A DNA stretch of 63,463 nt, the filler included, from Octopus bimaculoides (lineage: Eukaryota), in assembly GCF_001194135.2 (NCBI RefSeq). It is 4 parts of 4 records of this genome, joined end to end, with 100 filler letters (N's around TTAATTAATTAA, not from the genome) between each part and the next. Parts side by side here need not be neighbours in the genome. Positions count along the whole stretch, not along the records: positions 1 to 25,787 come from NC_068986.1; positions 25,888 to 46,943 come from NC_068983.1; 2 more parts are not named here. One strand, given 5' to 3'. Shown here one piece after another: positions 14,984-27,498 of this stretch. A program made the position numbers and the translations under genes. Every line of letters begins with the position of its first letter. Position 1 is the first letter of the stretch. The notes beneath the pieces were generated by a model. It saw only the letters and a program-made list of their open reading frames with translations. It had not been told where the DNA came from and ran no database searches.

Positions 14984-15745
14984 CTGGAAAACAATTTAGA
15001 AAACAAGAAAAAAAAAAACAGAAATGAAAGTCATTCTGTAGGCTCAGTTTGTTGTTAATTATTCCTAAGTTAGTCTTGAATGATCAGTCCTTTGATGAAA
15101 GGCTTTCTAGTTGCAACCATCCCATTTTTACATATTTAAAACATAGGATGTAAGATGAGAGATATTGCTGCTATTTCTAGCAAGTCAAGCAGCCATATAG
15201 AACCACACTTTTTAACTTGTGGACTCACTTTATTGAAAATGTATAACCATCATACTTTAGCACTTCACCTAAAACACATGCACATCAGTTATATTAATGT
15301 AGTCATGACAAATTGAGTTAAGAATGCAAATGTTGGGAAACAGCTCTCCTTTGTAATCTATAATTATATTTAAAATACAATGCTGTGGAATGCAGAAGCT
15401 AAACAAAAAATTTACAATGCCAATGAGCAAAGTTATGAAAGATCAGTGGGTAACACAAACCATGTGAGAGAAAATAATGAAAATCAGTTGAAATAGAGAA
15501 ATAAAAAAATTTTAACAATAAATTCAATGGTGTTTAATTAATCATGTAGCCATTACAAACAGTTGTTAGAGAAGTTATTTATCACATGAACAATAACATT
15601 TATACTTTTATCATTAAGCAGATAGACACACTTAACTGTACTTAGAAATCATGTTAACTTTTGTTAGAGAAAGAAATATTTCTTCATAGCAATAATAACA
15701 AGTGCCATAAATAACAGTTGCAGATAACAGCTTTATATATATATA

Positions 15746-16766
15746 TCATCATCATCATCATCATCATCATCATTTAACGTCCGCCTTCCATGCTAGCATG
15801 GGTTGGACGATTTGACTGAGGACTGGTGAACCAGAAGGCTGCACCAAGTTCCAATCTGCTCTGGAAGAGTTTCTACAGCTGGATGCCCTTCCTAACGCCA
15901 ACCACTCCGAGTGTGTAGTCGGTGCTTTTATGTGCCACCGGCACGAAGGCCAGTCAGGCGATACTGTCAATGGTCACGCTCAAAATGGTTTTAGGGAAAA
16001 GCACCATCAGTGGTGCTTTTCCCTAGCACAAACCCAAACTGTATCTCATCTAAACTGACTCACTCCCTAATTAGTTGGGCTATGACCCTCTCCGTGACCT
16101 TCATTACCTGGTCCAACAACTTGATACGTCTGTAATTGTTTGTCTAAAGCGTCACCTTTACCTTTGTAGCAGTTGACTATGGTGCTGCTACACCAGTCAT
16201 TGGGTATGACTCCTTCGTGCATCACCTGGTTAACTATACAGGTGACTAGGCTATAGCCGACACTGCCAGATATTTTGAGCATCTCTGCAGTGATTCCTGA
16301 TGAGCGGGGGGCTTTCCCTGTCTTCATACTTTTGATCGCTTTATCTACCAAGGTACTGTCAATTCGGATAGCTGGTCCCTCTGTTGGGCTGACATGTGGC
16401 AGACTCTCTTCCTCCCATTCATTTTATTTATTAAGCAACCTTTCATAGTGACGTCTCCAAACGTCTCTCTTTGCAGCCTCGTTTTGTGCAAGTGAGCCAT
16501 CATCCATGCGGACACATTTCTCTCCTACAACATCACAATTCTCTCTCATACACTGTCTTGCAACACAAAATACTTCAAGTCTTTGGTCCTCATGGCGCAA
16601 AACATTGGCAAATTTTTTATCTGCTTCCCCTCTGGCTAAATAAACCTGTCGCCTCGCTTCCCTTCTGGCAGTCTGATACAATTGCCTGGTACTTCCGTTC
16701 TTCCAGCTCTTCCAAACCTGTTTCTTTTGTCTAACAGCCCTGTCAACCACATTGTTCCACCACCAC
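15746..16766 (-). mobile_element. RTE LINE copy with large internal deletion and (GAT)n tail
   Basis: Peptides KKFANVLRHEDQRLEVFCVARQC..DVVGEKCVRMDDG and VDKAIKSMKTGKAP..GITAEMLK..CYKGKGDALD. Jumps from the RT (GKSTTD) directly into the 3' UTR at ~15990; tail is (CAT)n on the plus strand. Confidence 0.85.
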
Positions 16767-17398
16767 NNNNNNNNNNNNNNNNNNNNNNNNNNNNNNNNNN
16801 NNNNNNNNNNNNNNNNNNNNNNNNNNNNNNNNNNNNNNNNNNNNNNNNNNNNNNNNNNNNNNNNNNTCATCCCCCTTTTTTCTCCCTCTACCACTCTTTC
16901 TCCTTACCCTTCGCTGATCACGTATCTGGCTACTTATCTTTCTTTCATATCTTCGCTTTCGCGAAGCTAGCACGAACAATTCTTCGTCTCCTTTCCAGTT
17001 CGTTGCTTTACAGCATTCAGCACATACACATTTTTTTCACGTCTGGCCGTATAGCCTTCTTGTTTGTTCTCACTGTTTCGTTTTCCTGTTTTGTTTTGTC
17101 CGCACGTTACAAATTTAATTTGAATTAAATTTAAGTTAAATTTAATTTGTGGTCCGTGGGAATAGCCATTTTAACGATGCATCCTGCCCTAACCCTTCGA
17201 AACGCCTGTGTTGGAATGGTGGCAGCTGATGAAGGAGACGTACTCTATTTGGCCTGTGTGTTTTCTGTACTCGTTTATCATTTTGTCTACGCTTTGTTTG
17301 CAATGTCCTGTACTCAGATATGCATCTATATATACAGGTAGATGTAAGTATGTACATACATGTACGTATATTTGCATATACTCATTTATTATTTGTAT

Positions 17399-17436
<38 letters not shown>

Positions 17437-17463
17437 CAAAATAAGCAACAGGATATCAAGAAG

Positions 17464-17555
17464 TGATGCAGCATGACCGTTTCAAGCGCTTCCATTTAAT
17501 TGAAGAATGCAATCACTACATCAATTTAATTACAGGGTTATCCTCAGCTGCGTCA
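17464..17555 (-). ncRNA. Possible degenerate hammerhead motif with long helix II
   Basis: Minus: tgacgcag-CTGAGGA-taaccctgtaattaaattga...tcaattaaatggaagcgctt-GAAAC-G-GTC-atg-ctgcatca. Core and GUC are present, but the stem I register is shifted by 3 nt and stem II is imperfect. Confidence 0.3.
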
Positions 17556-17956
17556 ATAAATAGAATTTTTTAAACTGTTGGACACATTAATATAATTTTA
17601 CTTAAATTCTCTAATAGAGAAAGAAGAGGGGAAAAGTCCATGTTGCTACTGATGTAGTTCAAAATATACTACAAAAATTGTATGAAGTTTGTTAGGGTCA
17701 TAGCTTCTAATAGACTGTGGTTCATTTTTAATTTATTAGTCTTTTTTATGGGTATGGTCATAAATATTGTCAGGATTTTAGGAAATGTGTAAGTAATTGT
17801 CTATAAAGGAGGCTGGATAGGGAGAAGACCCTAAATCGAGATGTTAATTATCAGTTACAGAAGCAAGATGCTAATAAAATCTATGATATTTATACAGAGG
17901 AAATTATCATGTGGTACAATGGATGATTGCATATAAACAATATTGTTATGTTGTAT

Positions 17957-18065
17957 GAAGGAGAGGTAGGGTGGGTGCTTGAATTTTAAAAATAAACACG
18001 TGCGAAATGTGTTTGACAAAAATTGGAACTACGAGCTTGAACAGCACCCACCCTACCTCTCCTTC
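17957..18065. repeat. Perfect 23-bp inverted repeat
   Basis: gaaggagaggtagggtgggtgct (17957-17979) and agcacccaccctacctctccttc (18043-18065). Confidence 0.9.
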
Positions 18066-18208
18066 GCAGAAAGACTATTAACATAACTTCAACTAAAATG
18101 TAAGACTAACTTTACCTAACTCTATTCTTATACCACTATATGCATTACTGTATCCACTAACTGTTACTCCTGCATCTCTCACACCATGAACTTTAACATA
18201 CTTCTCAA

Positions 18209-18260
18209 CATTCTGAAGAGATCTGCCAGACCATTTGGCACATTGAAACAATCGTAAATG
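18209..18260 (+). ncRNA. Type-I hammerhead ribozyme motif
   Basis: CATT-CTGAAGA-GATCTGCCAGA-CCAT-TTGGCACATT-GAAAC-AATC-GTA-AATG: canonical core, hairpin stem II (one C-C mismatch, wobbles), 2-bp stem III, GUA site, 4-bp stem I. Confidence 0.65.
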
Positions 18261-18511
18261 ACTCATAATTAAATCTCCACATAATTAAATCTATGGCTAA
18301 CTAGCCCAATCGACTTGCTTCATCTTGTGTTTGTTTCTCCATTCTCCACTTAATTATAATTATAAACTGCGGTTTAAACGATAAATTACCTGCCTCTGGA
18401 TACCTTCTAACAAAGACGGTACCCACACAAGTAATCTCCAGGAATGCCTTCGGATTTAACTATCCCCTGGTTGCTTAGATACTTCAGACTACCCCTGAAA
18501 TATTGAAGCAA

Positions 18512-18546
<35 letters not shown>

Positions 18547-20912
18547 TATATACACACAAAAACACACACACACACATATATACACACACAAACACATATA
18601 TATGTACACATATCTACGCACATATTTATACATACACATTTATATATATACACATATATATTCACACATACACACATACACGCATATACATGCATACACA
18701 TACACATCCTGTATACATGTGTATACAAAATACATAACTGCAGTGCACATGTGAGTTGTATGAGTGTGTATAAATGTATGTTGTGTACAATCAATTATAA
18801 ACCATTTGTATCTAAATATATGCTCATTTATACAGTTGTATGTAAAGTGTACGTGTGTATGTATATGTATGTGTTTGTGTGTATATATGTATGTGTATGT
18901 GTGTGTATATATGTGTGTGTGTGTGTGAATACATATATGTAAATGCCTGTAAGCATTGTCTATGCATGCATGCAACTGTCTGTGTATGTGCATCAATGAA
19001 TTTGTCAGTGTATAAACACCTACTTAATATGACACAGCATTTGTGGTTCTCTCTGTATAAAAAGTACAGTAGAATATATGAATGTATTTATAAAAAGAGT
19101 GTACATACATATATGCATATGACTTTTGTATATGTAGAAAGCATCTTTGTTAGAAACTGTAAACTAAGATTTAACACATCTTTAGAAATAAAAGAGATTA
19201 TCTTGGGAATTTCTTTTCAAGTTAAATAGAATTTCAAATTAAGAAACCACAAAATAAAAACATGAATGTCAACCACCAACACACACACACATACTTCCTA
19301 AAAAAAAACCCTGCCTTTTGATAATTAATTTATTGAACTGACATTAGGGAAAATGTGCAAAACCGATTATTAGAATGTTTGTCATTTCTAATTACATATA
19401 TATGTAAATGACCCCATATTCTCTCAAATGGCTCACAAGAATCAGAGCTTAGTGATTGTTTTATGGCACTAAACATATAAGAAATGAATTTCCCTATGGA
19501 TAGAATACAAGTCTATCACATTTCAGAGTTAGGTCTGTGTAATTTGTCTATCCAAATAAATAAATGCATTAGATTTGAATACAAGACATATTTCTAACTA
19601 CATATTACACCCTACAATATAAGTCAATCTACTTTGAGTGGATATAGTTCAGTTTCTTTTGTTTTGTTTTTTTTACCACACAGTCTCATGAACCCAAAAT
19701 AAGTTTCACTACAAGAGTCCCACACACACCTAAAGTTTACAATCCCATACATAAAGCAAGTATTTTAATGTAAGATGGGTGCAGGCATGGTTGTGTGGTA
19801 AGACATTTGTTTCCCAGCTACATGGTTCCAAGTTCAGTTTCACTACATGATACCTTGAACTCGTGTCTTCCACTATAGGCCTGAGCCAACCAAAGCCTTG
19901 TGAGTGCATTTGTTGAACAGAAATTAAAAGAAGCCTGTTATATGTGTATGCATGTGTGTGTGTATGTTTGACCCCAACCACCATTTCACAACTGGTGTTG
20001 GTTTGTTTATGTACTTATAAAAGAAGCAAAGAAGTCTGAGAAAATAAGTACCAAACTTTAAAAAAAAGTACCAGGGCAATGTATTTTACTAAACTCTTCA
20101 AAATAGTGTCCTAGCATGGCCACAGTCCAATGACTGAAACAAGTAAAAAGTAAAAGATAACAGATAAAAGATCTAGATTACAGAAAATTTTCTTGGTAGA
20201 ACTAAAAATTCAGCCCTGTTTTTGAGTACATAATCTATGCATGGAATTGTTTCTCTTTTTTAAAGTACTATGTTACTTGCTTACATATGGTGGGTAAGTA
20301 ACCTGAGTACTATTCAGTGTGTTAAACATAATAATGAAATAAACTTGAATAGTACTTTATAAATGATAGTATATACTGGAAACCCCATGTTATAAGAGTA
20401 AGGTATTCCTGAGAAATTTGCCATAATGTGTAATCTTGTAAGGTGAAATCAATTTTCACATTGATTTTTCATGTTATAAAGTGATAACGCAGTATATATA
20501 CATAAAGATATTTGATGACAAATACATTAGGGAATAAATAAGAATCATATCATAATAAGATATGTTCTTATCACAAAAGATATAAACAACACCAACAACT
20601 ACATAAACACTGTGTGTGACCATCCACCAAATGACATTCTGAATGGGCTCTGTGGGGTTATTTTAACTCACAAGTCTCTACAAGAAGTTTCTCTGAGACT
20701 AGATATTATACCTTAGGCCATTCTGCTTTCGTATGTATACATTATAAATGTTATACTCATCATTATTTTATTCCATTTCAAGTGCATATATTAATTTAAT
20801 TCTAGCCCAGCCAACTTTCAGATTTTTTTCACACAGTATTGGCCAACCCAAGACTATAGAAAACAATTTCCAAAGGTGCTCTGTGCTGAGAGCAAAGCTG
20901 GGTCCATAGAAC

Positions 20913-20993
20913 AAAATAATTTTTCCTTGATCCATCTTTTAGATTTTAACATATTGTTAAAATCTAAAAGATGGATCAAGGAAAAATTATTTT
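20913..20993. repeat. Perfect 39-bp palindrome with 3-nt loop
   Basis: aaaataatttttccttgatccatcttttagattttaaca-tat-tgttaaaatctaaaagatggatcaaggaaaaattatttt. Confidence 0.95.
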
Positions 20994-23674
20994 TCTAGTT
21001 TTTACATACAAATATATACTTACCATCACGACACTTTCATGCATGATTTTTTCACACTTGAATACATGGCTTTCCAAATGATATGCACTTAACCATACAG
21101 GCCCAATAATATTTTTGGATGGTTATGAAACACAGTAACATAAGTTGCAACAGAACTTTCAAACTTTACTTTTAGCTTAACTTCACATCTGACTATTTAT
21201 CTAATCCACCTACTCAAAATATTAACTTTATAAATCTAAAAGATAGACTTCAATGGCAACTGTAATAGGACAAAATGCAATGATAGTAAAAACACCAAAG
21301 GATGGTTACAGAACAATTGGCTGCCAACAGCAAGGATATAAGAATGTGTGAAAGTCTAGCATATGGGTTGTCAGCATAAATATAAAGGAAATTTTTAACA
21401 GTTAATCCGATTACAGGCATGAACTCTAAAAAAGATTAAGAGAAAGAAGATGAGACTTTGGAGCTTGGAAAAATGTAGATCATACCCAAACAAAAAAATA
21501 TCATTCAGTACTCAAGCAAGAACTACATCTGTAGTTTCAGCCAAATTTGCAACACAAGCAAATAAGCCAGATTTCCTTCAATAAAATTCTTACCAAATTT
21601 AAAGATACAACCATATGTTTCAAATCTTAAACATTATAGCAGCATATAAGAACTAGATGGACTATAGCTAATACATTCAAATTTGACCCAAATCAATATA
21701 CCAACTAATGTGCTTGAGGTGCTCAATCTGTGAGCTAATAATAATATCAATTAAGCTTGAGTTGGTGACGGGAATGCTCTTTAGTGACTGTTTAGTCCTA
21801 GTTTCAAAGCACAAAGCGGACAAGATAAATTTCCTCTTGTATATGATGCCAACCTATCGCAGGTAATATCTATCTAGGGCAGGTAAAATTCCCAAGGTCT
21901 ATGAAGGAGTTCTCTCCAGCAGTCCTTGTCCTTCATCATCACTGCTATGTCCTGTGTCTCCCAGAGACCAGGTAATATTTTCAGATGATTTAGTCCCTAT
22001 TCCTAGTAAGTAGATGAGCAGAGGCAATATACAGAATAAATTTATTTAGTACATTGATTAAGTATGTTAGACCTCACATAACTATAAGTTCTTGAGAAGG
22101 TTTCCAGTGTTATTATTTTAAATTGTGTTTTTTCCCCTAAAATTCTATATATTTGTACAATCATTGTAAAGCCAGATAAACTGGTGCAAGGCTATGCTTT
22201 GTTGAGAAGTTCTAATAAAAGTCTGTTGAGTTGTCCATACTTACTAAGTACCAAACTCCTTCCCACTGCATGATCACCCATCCACACATTCAACTTTTAA
22301 TCAATTTTAATTTCAAGACTATCTCCTTTGATTTGACAAGAATTATCATTAATACTAATATTTCTTTTCATAAAGGATACAACTTTAATTGATTCAAATT
22401 TTTTTCTTGGCTTACTATATTAAGTACGATATCCCCCACTTAAGTATGGAACAAATTTTTTTGCACAAAATTACAATAAAACTGCACATAATCCCCTCAC
22501 TCATATCACATCTAAAGTCTGTGGGTGGCTCACATGTTTAATGTATTTGCCAGATTTTTTTTTTTTTCAGCTATCCAATAACAACAACCAACACTACTAT
22601 AGCTATAATAATTGCCTCTTATGAAGTGGTCTTGGGAGCCAAGACAAAGCTCTCAAAGAGAAGCAAATCTGAGATGTACCTCTTTGATTTGATCATGATT
22701 TAATATTCCCTTTAAAATGGTTTTTGTTGTCAGTTTCTAAACAAATTAAAATCATAAAGAACAATTAATTAAGGGTTTCATACAATTAATTTATTTACAA
22801 AAAATTAAATACGTTCCACTCTAACAAGTACAGAAATTGTTTGCTTATTTGTTAGAATTCTTCTGTGGAAAAAAAACTTGTTGATATATAGTCAATATAA
22901 TTTTATATTCATTAAATAAACACTTCTAACTGAAACTGCAGCCACTTTGAGCATCAAATTACATAGCCATGTGAAAATGCTGAAGTCTTTCAAAGTAGAA
23001 GGTGGCCTTAAGAGCAAACAAAATGCTTATTAGGAGTAATATGTGCTAGAATAGACAGATAGACACAGGGCCATGGCTAAGCCCCTGCAACCCCTGTGAC
23101 CACAGGGGGCCTCCGCAGTTGCAGGGGGGGTCCCATGTTAAGATCAAAGTCATCTGTTTACTTTAGTTAAAAAGTTAACTGAAAATTTCAAGCCAGATGA
23201 GGAAAAAATAGGAGGGTGTACCGTCAATAAATTTAAAAGAAAAAAAAAATAAATGAAAAATGCTTGTCAATGAATTCCCAAGGGAGATAAAAGAAAAATG
23301 AAAGAAATCCAAAACAATGAAAATAAGAACAACTTCAACAAAAAGAAGCAATGGTGATGAAAAGTGAGGATGTCTACTTATACATACACACACACATACA
23401 CACACACATGCACACACACACACACACACACACACACAGCTGTCGAGAGATAGTTGTGTACCAAACAAACACACATCTCTTAATTTCTCTCTTTGTATAG
23501 CTGGCCACTTTGTACCCAGAACAGTGGCCTCTGATCTCCTACGGCAATAAAAATTGATGATAAAATTCTTTCTTTACCAAAAACAAGATGTGGGCACGCA
23601 TGTGCACACTCACACACACGTGCACGCTCACACACACACACACAGAAGTTTGTGTGTGTGTATATGTACCTATC

Positions 23675-23716
<42 letters not shown>

Positions 23717-24175
23717 ACCAAGCATTTCAATTCTTCAGTTGTAACTAGTTTGTGATCGAACTTTTTTATTTTGCAAAGTATTATTTTTTACTTGAATTTG
23801 TGATTTCAGAGAAAGGTTAGAAATTCCTTAGATTTTGCATCTTTGGTATTTTGACTTTATAGTTTGAACTGTAGTATTATCTAACCAATCAAAATATTGC
23901 AACCGCTAACAATGAAATATAGAATTAAAAAAAGGTTTTTTTCAACTGTTCTTTTATTCTTTTATTCCTTTACTTGTTTCAGTCATTTGACTGTGGCCAT
24001 GCTGGAGCACCACCTTTAGTCAAGCAAATCGAGCCCAGAACTTATTCTTTGTAAGCCCAGTACTTATTCTATTGGGCCCTTTTGCTAAACTGCTAAGTTA
24101 CAGGGGATGTACATACACCAGCTTCGGTTGTCAAGCGATGTTGGGGGGAACAAACACAAACACACAAACATATAC

Positions 24176-24208
<33 letters not shown>

Positions 24209-24371
24209 TACACACACACACCCACACACATATACAGCAGGCTTGTTTCAGTTTCCGTCTACCAAATCCAATCATACGGTTGGCTTGAGGCTATAGTAGA
24301 AGACACTTACCCAAGGTGCTACACAGTGGGACTGAACCCGGAAACCATGTGGTAGGTAAGCAAGATACTTA

Positions 24372-24604
24372 TTTCTTTATTGCCCACAAGGAGCTAAACA
24401 TAGAGGGGACAAACAAGGACAGACAAAGGGATTAAGTCGATTACATCGACCCCAGTGCGTAACTGGTACTTAATTTATCGACCCTGAAAGGATGAAAGGC
24501 AAAGTCGACCTCGGCGGAATTTGAACTCAGAACATAACGGCAGACGAAATACAGCTAAGCATTTCGCACGGCGTGCTAACGTTTCTGCCAGCTCACCGCC
24601 CTTA
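24372..24604 (-). mobile_element. tRNA-derived SINE (family B) nested in a family A SINE
   Basis: Flanked by a 16-bp TSD gtaagcaagatactta (24356-24371 and 24605-24620). Other copies at ~33490-33710, 36822-37045, 46040-46230, 48790-48985, 53964-54200. Confidence 0.9.
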
Positions 24605-24987
24605 GTAAGCAAGATACTTACCACACAGTCACTCCTGTTAATAAGTCTTTGAGAACATTCATGTCTATTTTCCAAAAATATATAAATTGAAATACTTTGC
24701 TTTTGTTTTGGACTGAAAATTTTTTGTATTTTAATTCATACAAGTATTTTTTAAAGATTTTATTTTTAAGATTCTAACATAACTTGATTTGAAATGGATA
24801 TTCATGGATGGAAAGCTCCAAAACAAAGGATACAAAAAAATCAAACCAAGCTAATGTGTCTCCTTCAACTTCAATCATTTCTTATGAACCTGATGAACGT
24901 GATGAAAGCTTCCCTATACCAATTGATCATGAAAATCACTGAAATAGGGTGACAGGATTCTTTGGTAGCGAAATGTAAGCATCTCAC

Positions 24988-25317
24988 TGTGGTATGACAT
25001 CAGCAACTGGGGAGCTGACCACTGACCAGAACCGTGAACTAACCGGAACTGGGAGCTGACCGGAAGAGAAAGAGGGGCAGAGTGAGCCTTGATTGGGATT
25101 TCGTGCCCTTTTTGAGCAGGGTTGTTGTGACGAGAGGATGTGCCAAGCAATTGTCTAGGTGTTGGGAGAAGCAGCTGCTATTTCTAGCGTTCTTCGGGTT
25201 AGGCCAGGCGTGAGGATAGGATACTGCAGGACAGACTCGTGCGACCACAGGAAAGACTCATGCAAGAGAAGGAAAATAAGATAAGCCGATTACTTCTACT
25301 CACACGCATACACCACG
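24988..25317 (+). mobile_element. Putative 5' LTR of a Ty3/Gypsy retrotransposon
   Basis: GC-rich block starting TGTGGT and ending ACCAC(G), a near-inverted terminus, immediately upstream of gag. No PBS confidently recognised. Confidence 0.6.
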
Positions 25318-25352
25318 AGCTATTTCGGCACCGCGTATAGAACTTCGCCGTG

Positions 25353-25787
25353 ATGGCAGCTAAAATCAGAATCGCCAGCGACGTGATCAGGTCTTTTGAT
25401 GGCGAGGGAGATATAATGGCATTGATGCAAAAGATCAGGCTTGTAGCAAGACTTCAAGGGATAATCGATGTGGCGAGTCTTATAGCGCTATACTTGGAAG
25501 GAAGCGCTATGACCCTGTATTTAGAGATGGACGAGGAAGAGAGGTTAAGTGCGGAGAAGATTGAGCAGAGATTGAGAGAGGCATATACGGAGAGCAAGTA
25601 TGCTGCCTGTGTTAAGCTAGGGACTGTTAGATGGCGGGGAGAACAGGTGGACGAATACGCGGCGGAGGTGCGTAGGCTGGCCACGCTGGCTGGGTTTACG
25701 AGAGAAAGCCTGGACAGAGCGGCATGGCTGACGTTTGTGAGTGGGTTCCCTGAATATGTGATAGACGGGGTTGATGTCATGTTGGGG
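25353..25787 (+). CDS. gag: Ty3/Gypsy gag (N-terminal part, truncated by assembly gap)
   Basis: Uninterrupted MAAKIRIASDVIRSFDGEGDIMALMQKIRLVARLQGIIDVASLIALYLEGSAMTLYLEM..RWRGEQVDEYAAEVRRLATLAGF, typical of invertebrate Gypsy gag. Confidence 0.85.
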
Positions 25788-25887
25788 NNNNNNNNNNNNN
25801 NNNNNNNNNNNNNNNNNNNNNNNNNNNNNNNTTAATTAATTAANNNNNNNNNNNNNNNNNNNNNNNNNNNNNNNNNNNNNNNNNNNN
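25788..25887. other. Artificial 100-bp gap spacer (44 N + TTAATTAATTAA + 44 N)
   Basis: The identical 12-mer is embedded in N runs at 25832-25843, 46988-46999 and 56923-56934. It gives stop codons in all six frames. Confidence 0.9.
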
Positions 25888-27278
25888 GTACTTATATTTG
25901 TCATTCCTCCACCCCTTTAAAATTTAATCACAAACTACAAGAGAATGATACAAAGAAATAATTCTGAATCTGGCATTTTCTACTGTCTGCAGAACGATGT
26001 GATATGGGACGTTGTGTTCATATTTTACAGACTTAGAGGTCAGTGCCATCATAAAGCAGGGTATACTCAGACGTTACCCGGGGACTTCATGGGTCTGGAT
26101 GCCAAATGCTAATCTGTAATGGTTGTATATATAGGGGCTACAATACGTTGTTTTGCTCGGAAACTTAAAATAATGTTACGGTGACCCCGTCATGGATCAC
26201 CAACTTTTTGCAGTAGCCCTCTAATTTTTTTTTTGTTTTCTTATATTAACTCATGGCCCACATGTATATATCTTACATATAAAAATATCCCACCACCCCA
26301 TAATCCATCCAGTCATTTTCATGACAGGAAATGTTTATCTAAGCAAAAATTTAATCGTGGCACAAAAGACTATCTCAATGACCCACAAATTCATAAAATA
26401 AGAAAATTATTTTAGGAAAATCTGTGGCCTACAGTGAATACTTGTGGCCAACTTGTGGGCCAAAGCCCATCTGTTGCAGACACCAACCTTTGAGCAGTAC
26501 CGTCTCCAGGTATGGACACATCAAATAGTTACCTTGGGGCCCCAGTGCACCTCTTTTCCTGCGGCCCATGTAATATTAACAGGGACAATTGTTTATATTG
26601 CTTAAAATTGAACTGTATCCCAATGAGGGATGTGGGCTTTCTCTAAATCCCAACATGTTACTCCGATTTTATCCCTAATTAGTCAAAGAACATGACCAGT
26701 GCACAGGCATGGCTCTGTGACTAAGAAACTTGCTTTGCAATCACATGGTTCTGAGTTCAGTCTCACTGCGTGGCACGGTGGTTCAGCGAATGAAGCCGAC
26801 AGAATAAATATCAGATAAAAAATAAAAACAAAACGTAAGTACTGGGGCTGATGTGGCGACTAAAACCCTTCAAAGTAGTACCTTAGTGTGACTGCAGTCC
26901 AATGACTTGAACAAATAAAAGATAGATGGATTTACTATAAAGATGAGTAGTTGCTTACGTGTAAAATAACTGCTAAGCAGCTTCTAAATTACAAAACCTA
27001 AAAAGGGATTAGATTTTCTTATGGGAATCTAAATGTTTGCTTTTGTTTTTCTTGGACGTATATGAAATGTACTCTTATACCATTTATCAATATTTACCGG
27101 GTGGAATATCGATTTGCATAATACGCGCAGACACAACGATGGGCGAATTACAAAGGAGCTTGACCGATTCCACTCCACCTCTCTTTTCTTCTGTGTGTGC
27201 GCGCGCGTATAGGTAGAGATGGACTATATGTAATCTGAACCTTTCCCCCCCTTATTTATTAATATTTTTATGGAGATT

Positions 27279-27498
27279 CCGATTCTGAAAAAATATTTTT
27301 TGAAAAATTTCAATTCCACCCCCCCCCCCAAGCAGGCTATTTACATGCTAGNNNNNNNNNNNNNNNNNNNNNNNNNNNNNNNNNNNNNNNNNNNNNNNNN
27401 NNNNNNNNNNNNNNNNNNNNNNNNNNNNNNNNATAAAAACCGGGGGGGGGGTCGAAATTTTGAAATTGAGATTTTTGAAATTTTTTTTTCAGAATCGG
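27279..27498. mobile_element. MITE-like fold-back element spanning a gap
   Basis: ccgattctgaaaaaa...cccccc on the left; gggggg...ttttttcagaatcgg on the right. Confidence 0.45.

Noticed and set aside
17193-17250. GAAAC...CTGATGA in permuted order
   Set aside because: Stems I-III could not be formed as a type II or III hammerhead.
18489-19229. HTHT/CVCV/YIYI ORFs here and throughout
   Set aside because: (CA)n/(TA)n microsatellite translations.
24790-24987. MDIHGW...YEPDERDESFP frame before the Gypsy LTR
   Set aside because: Frameshifted and short; at most a transposase N-terminal relic that I cannot identify.
25832-25843. TTAATTAATTAA inside gaps (three times)
   Set aside because: Assembly spacer, not a biological motif.
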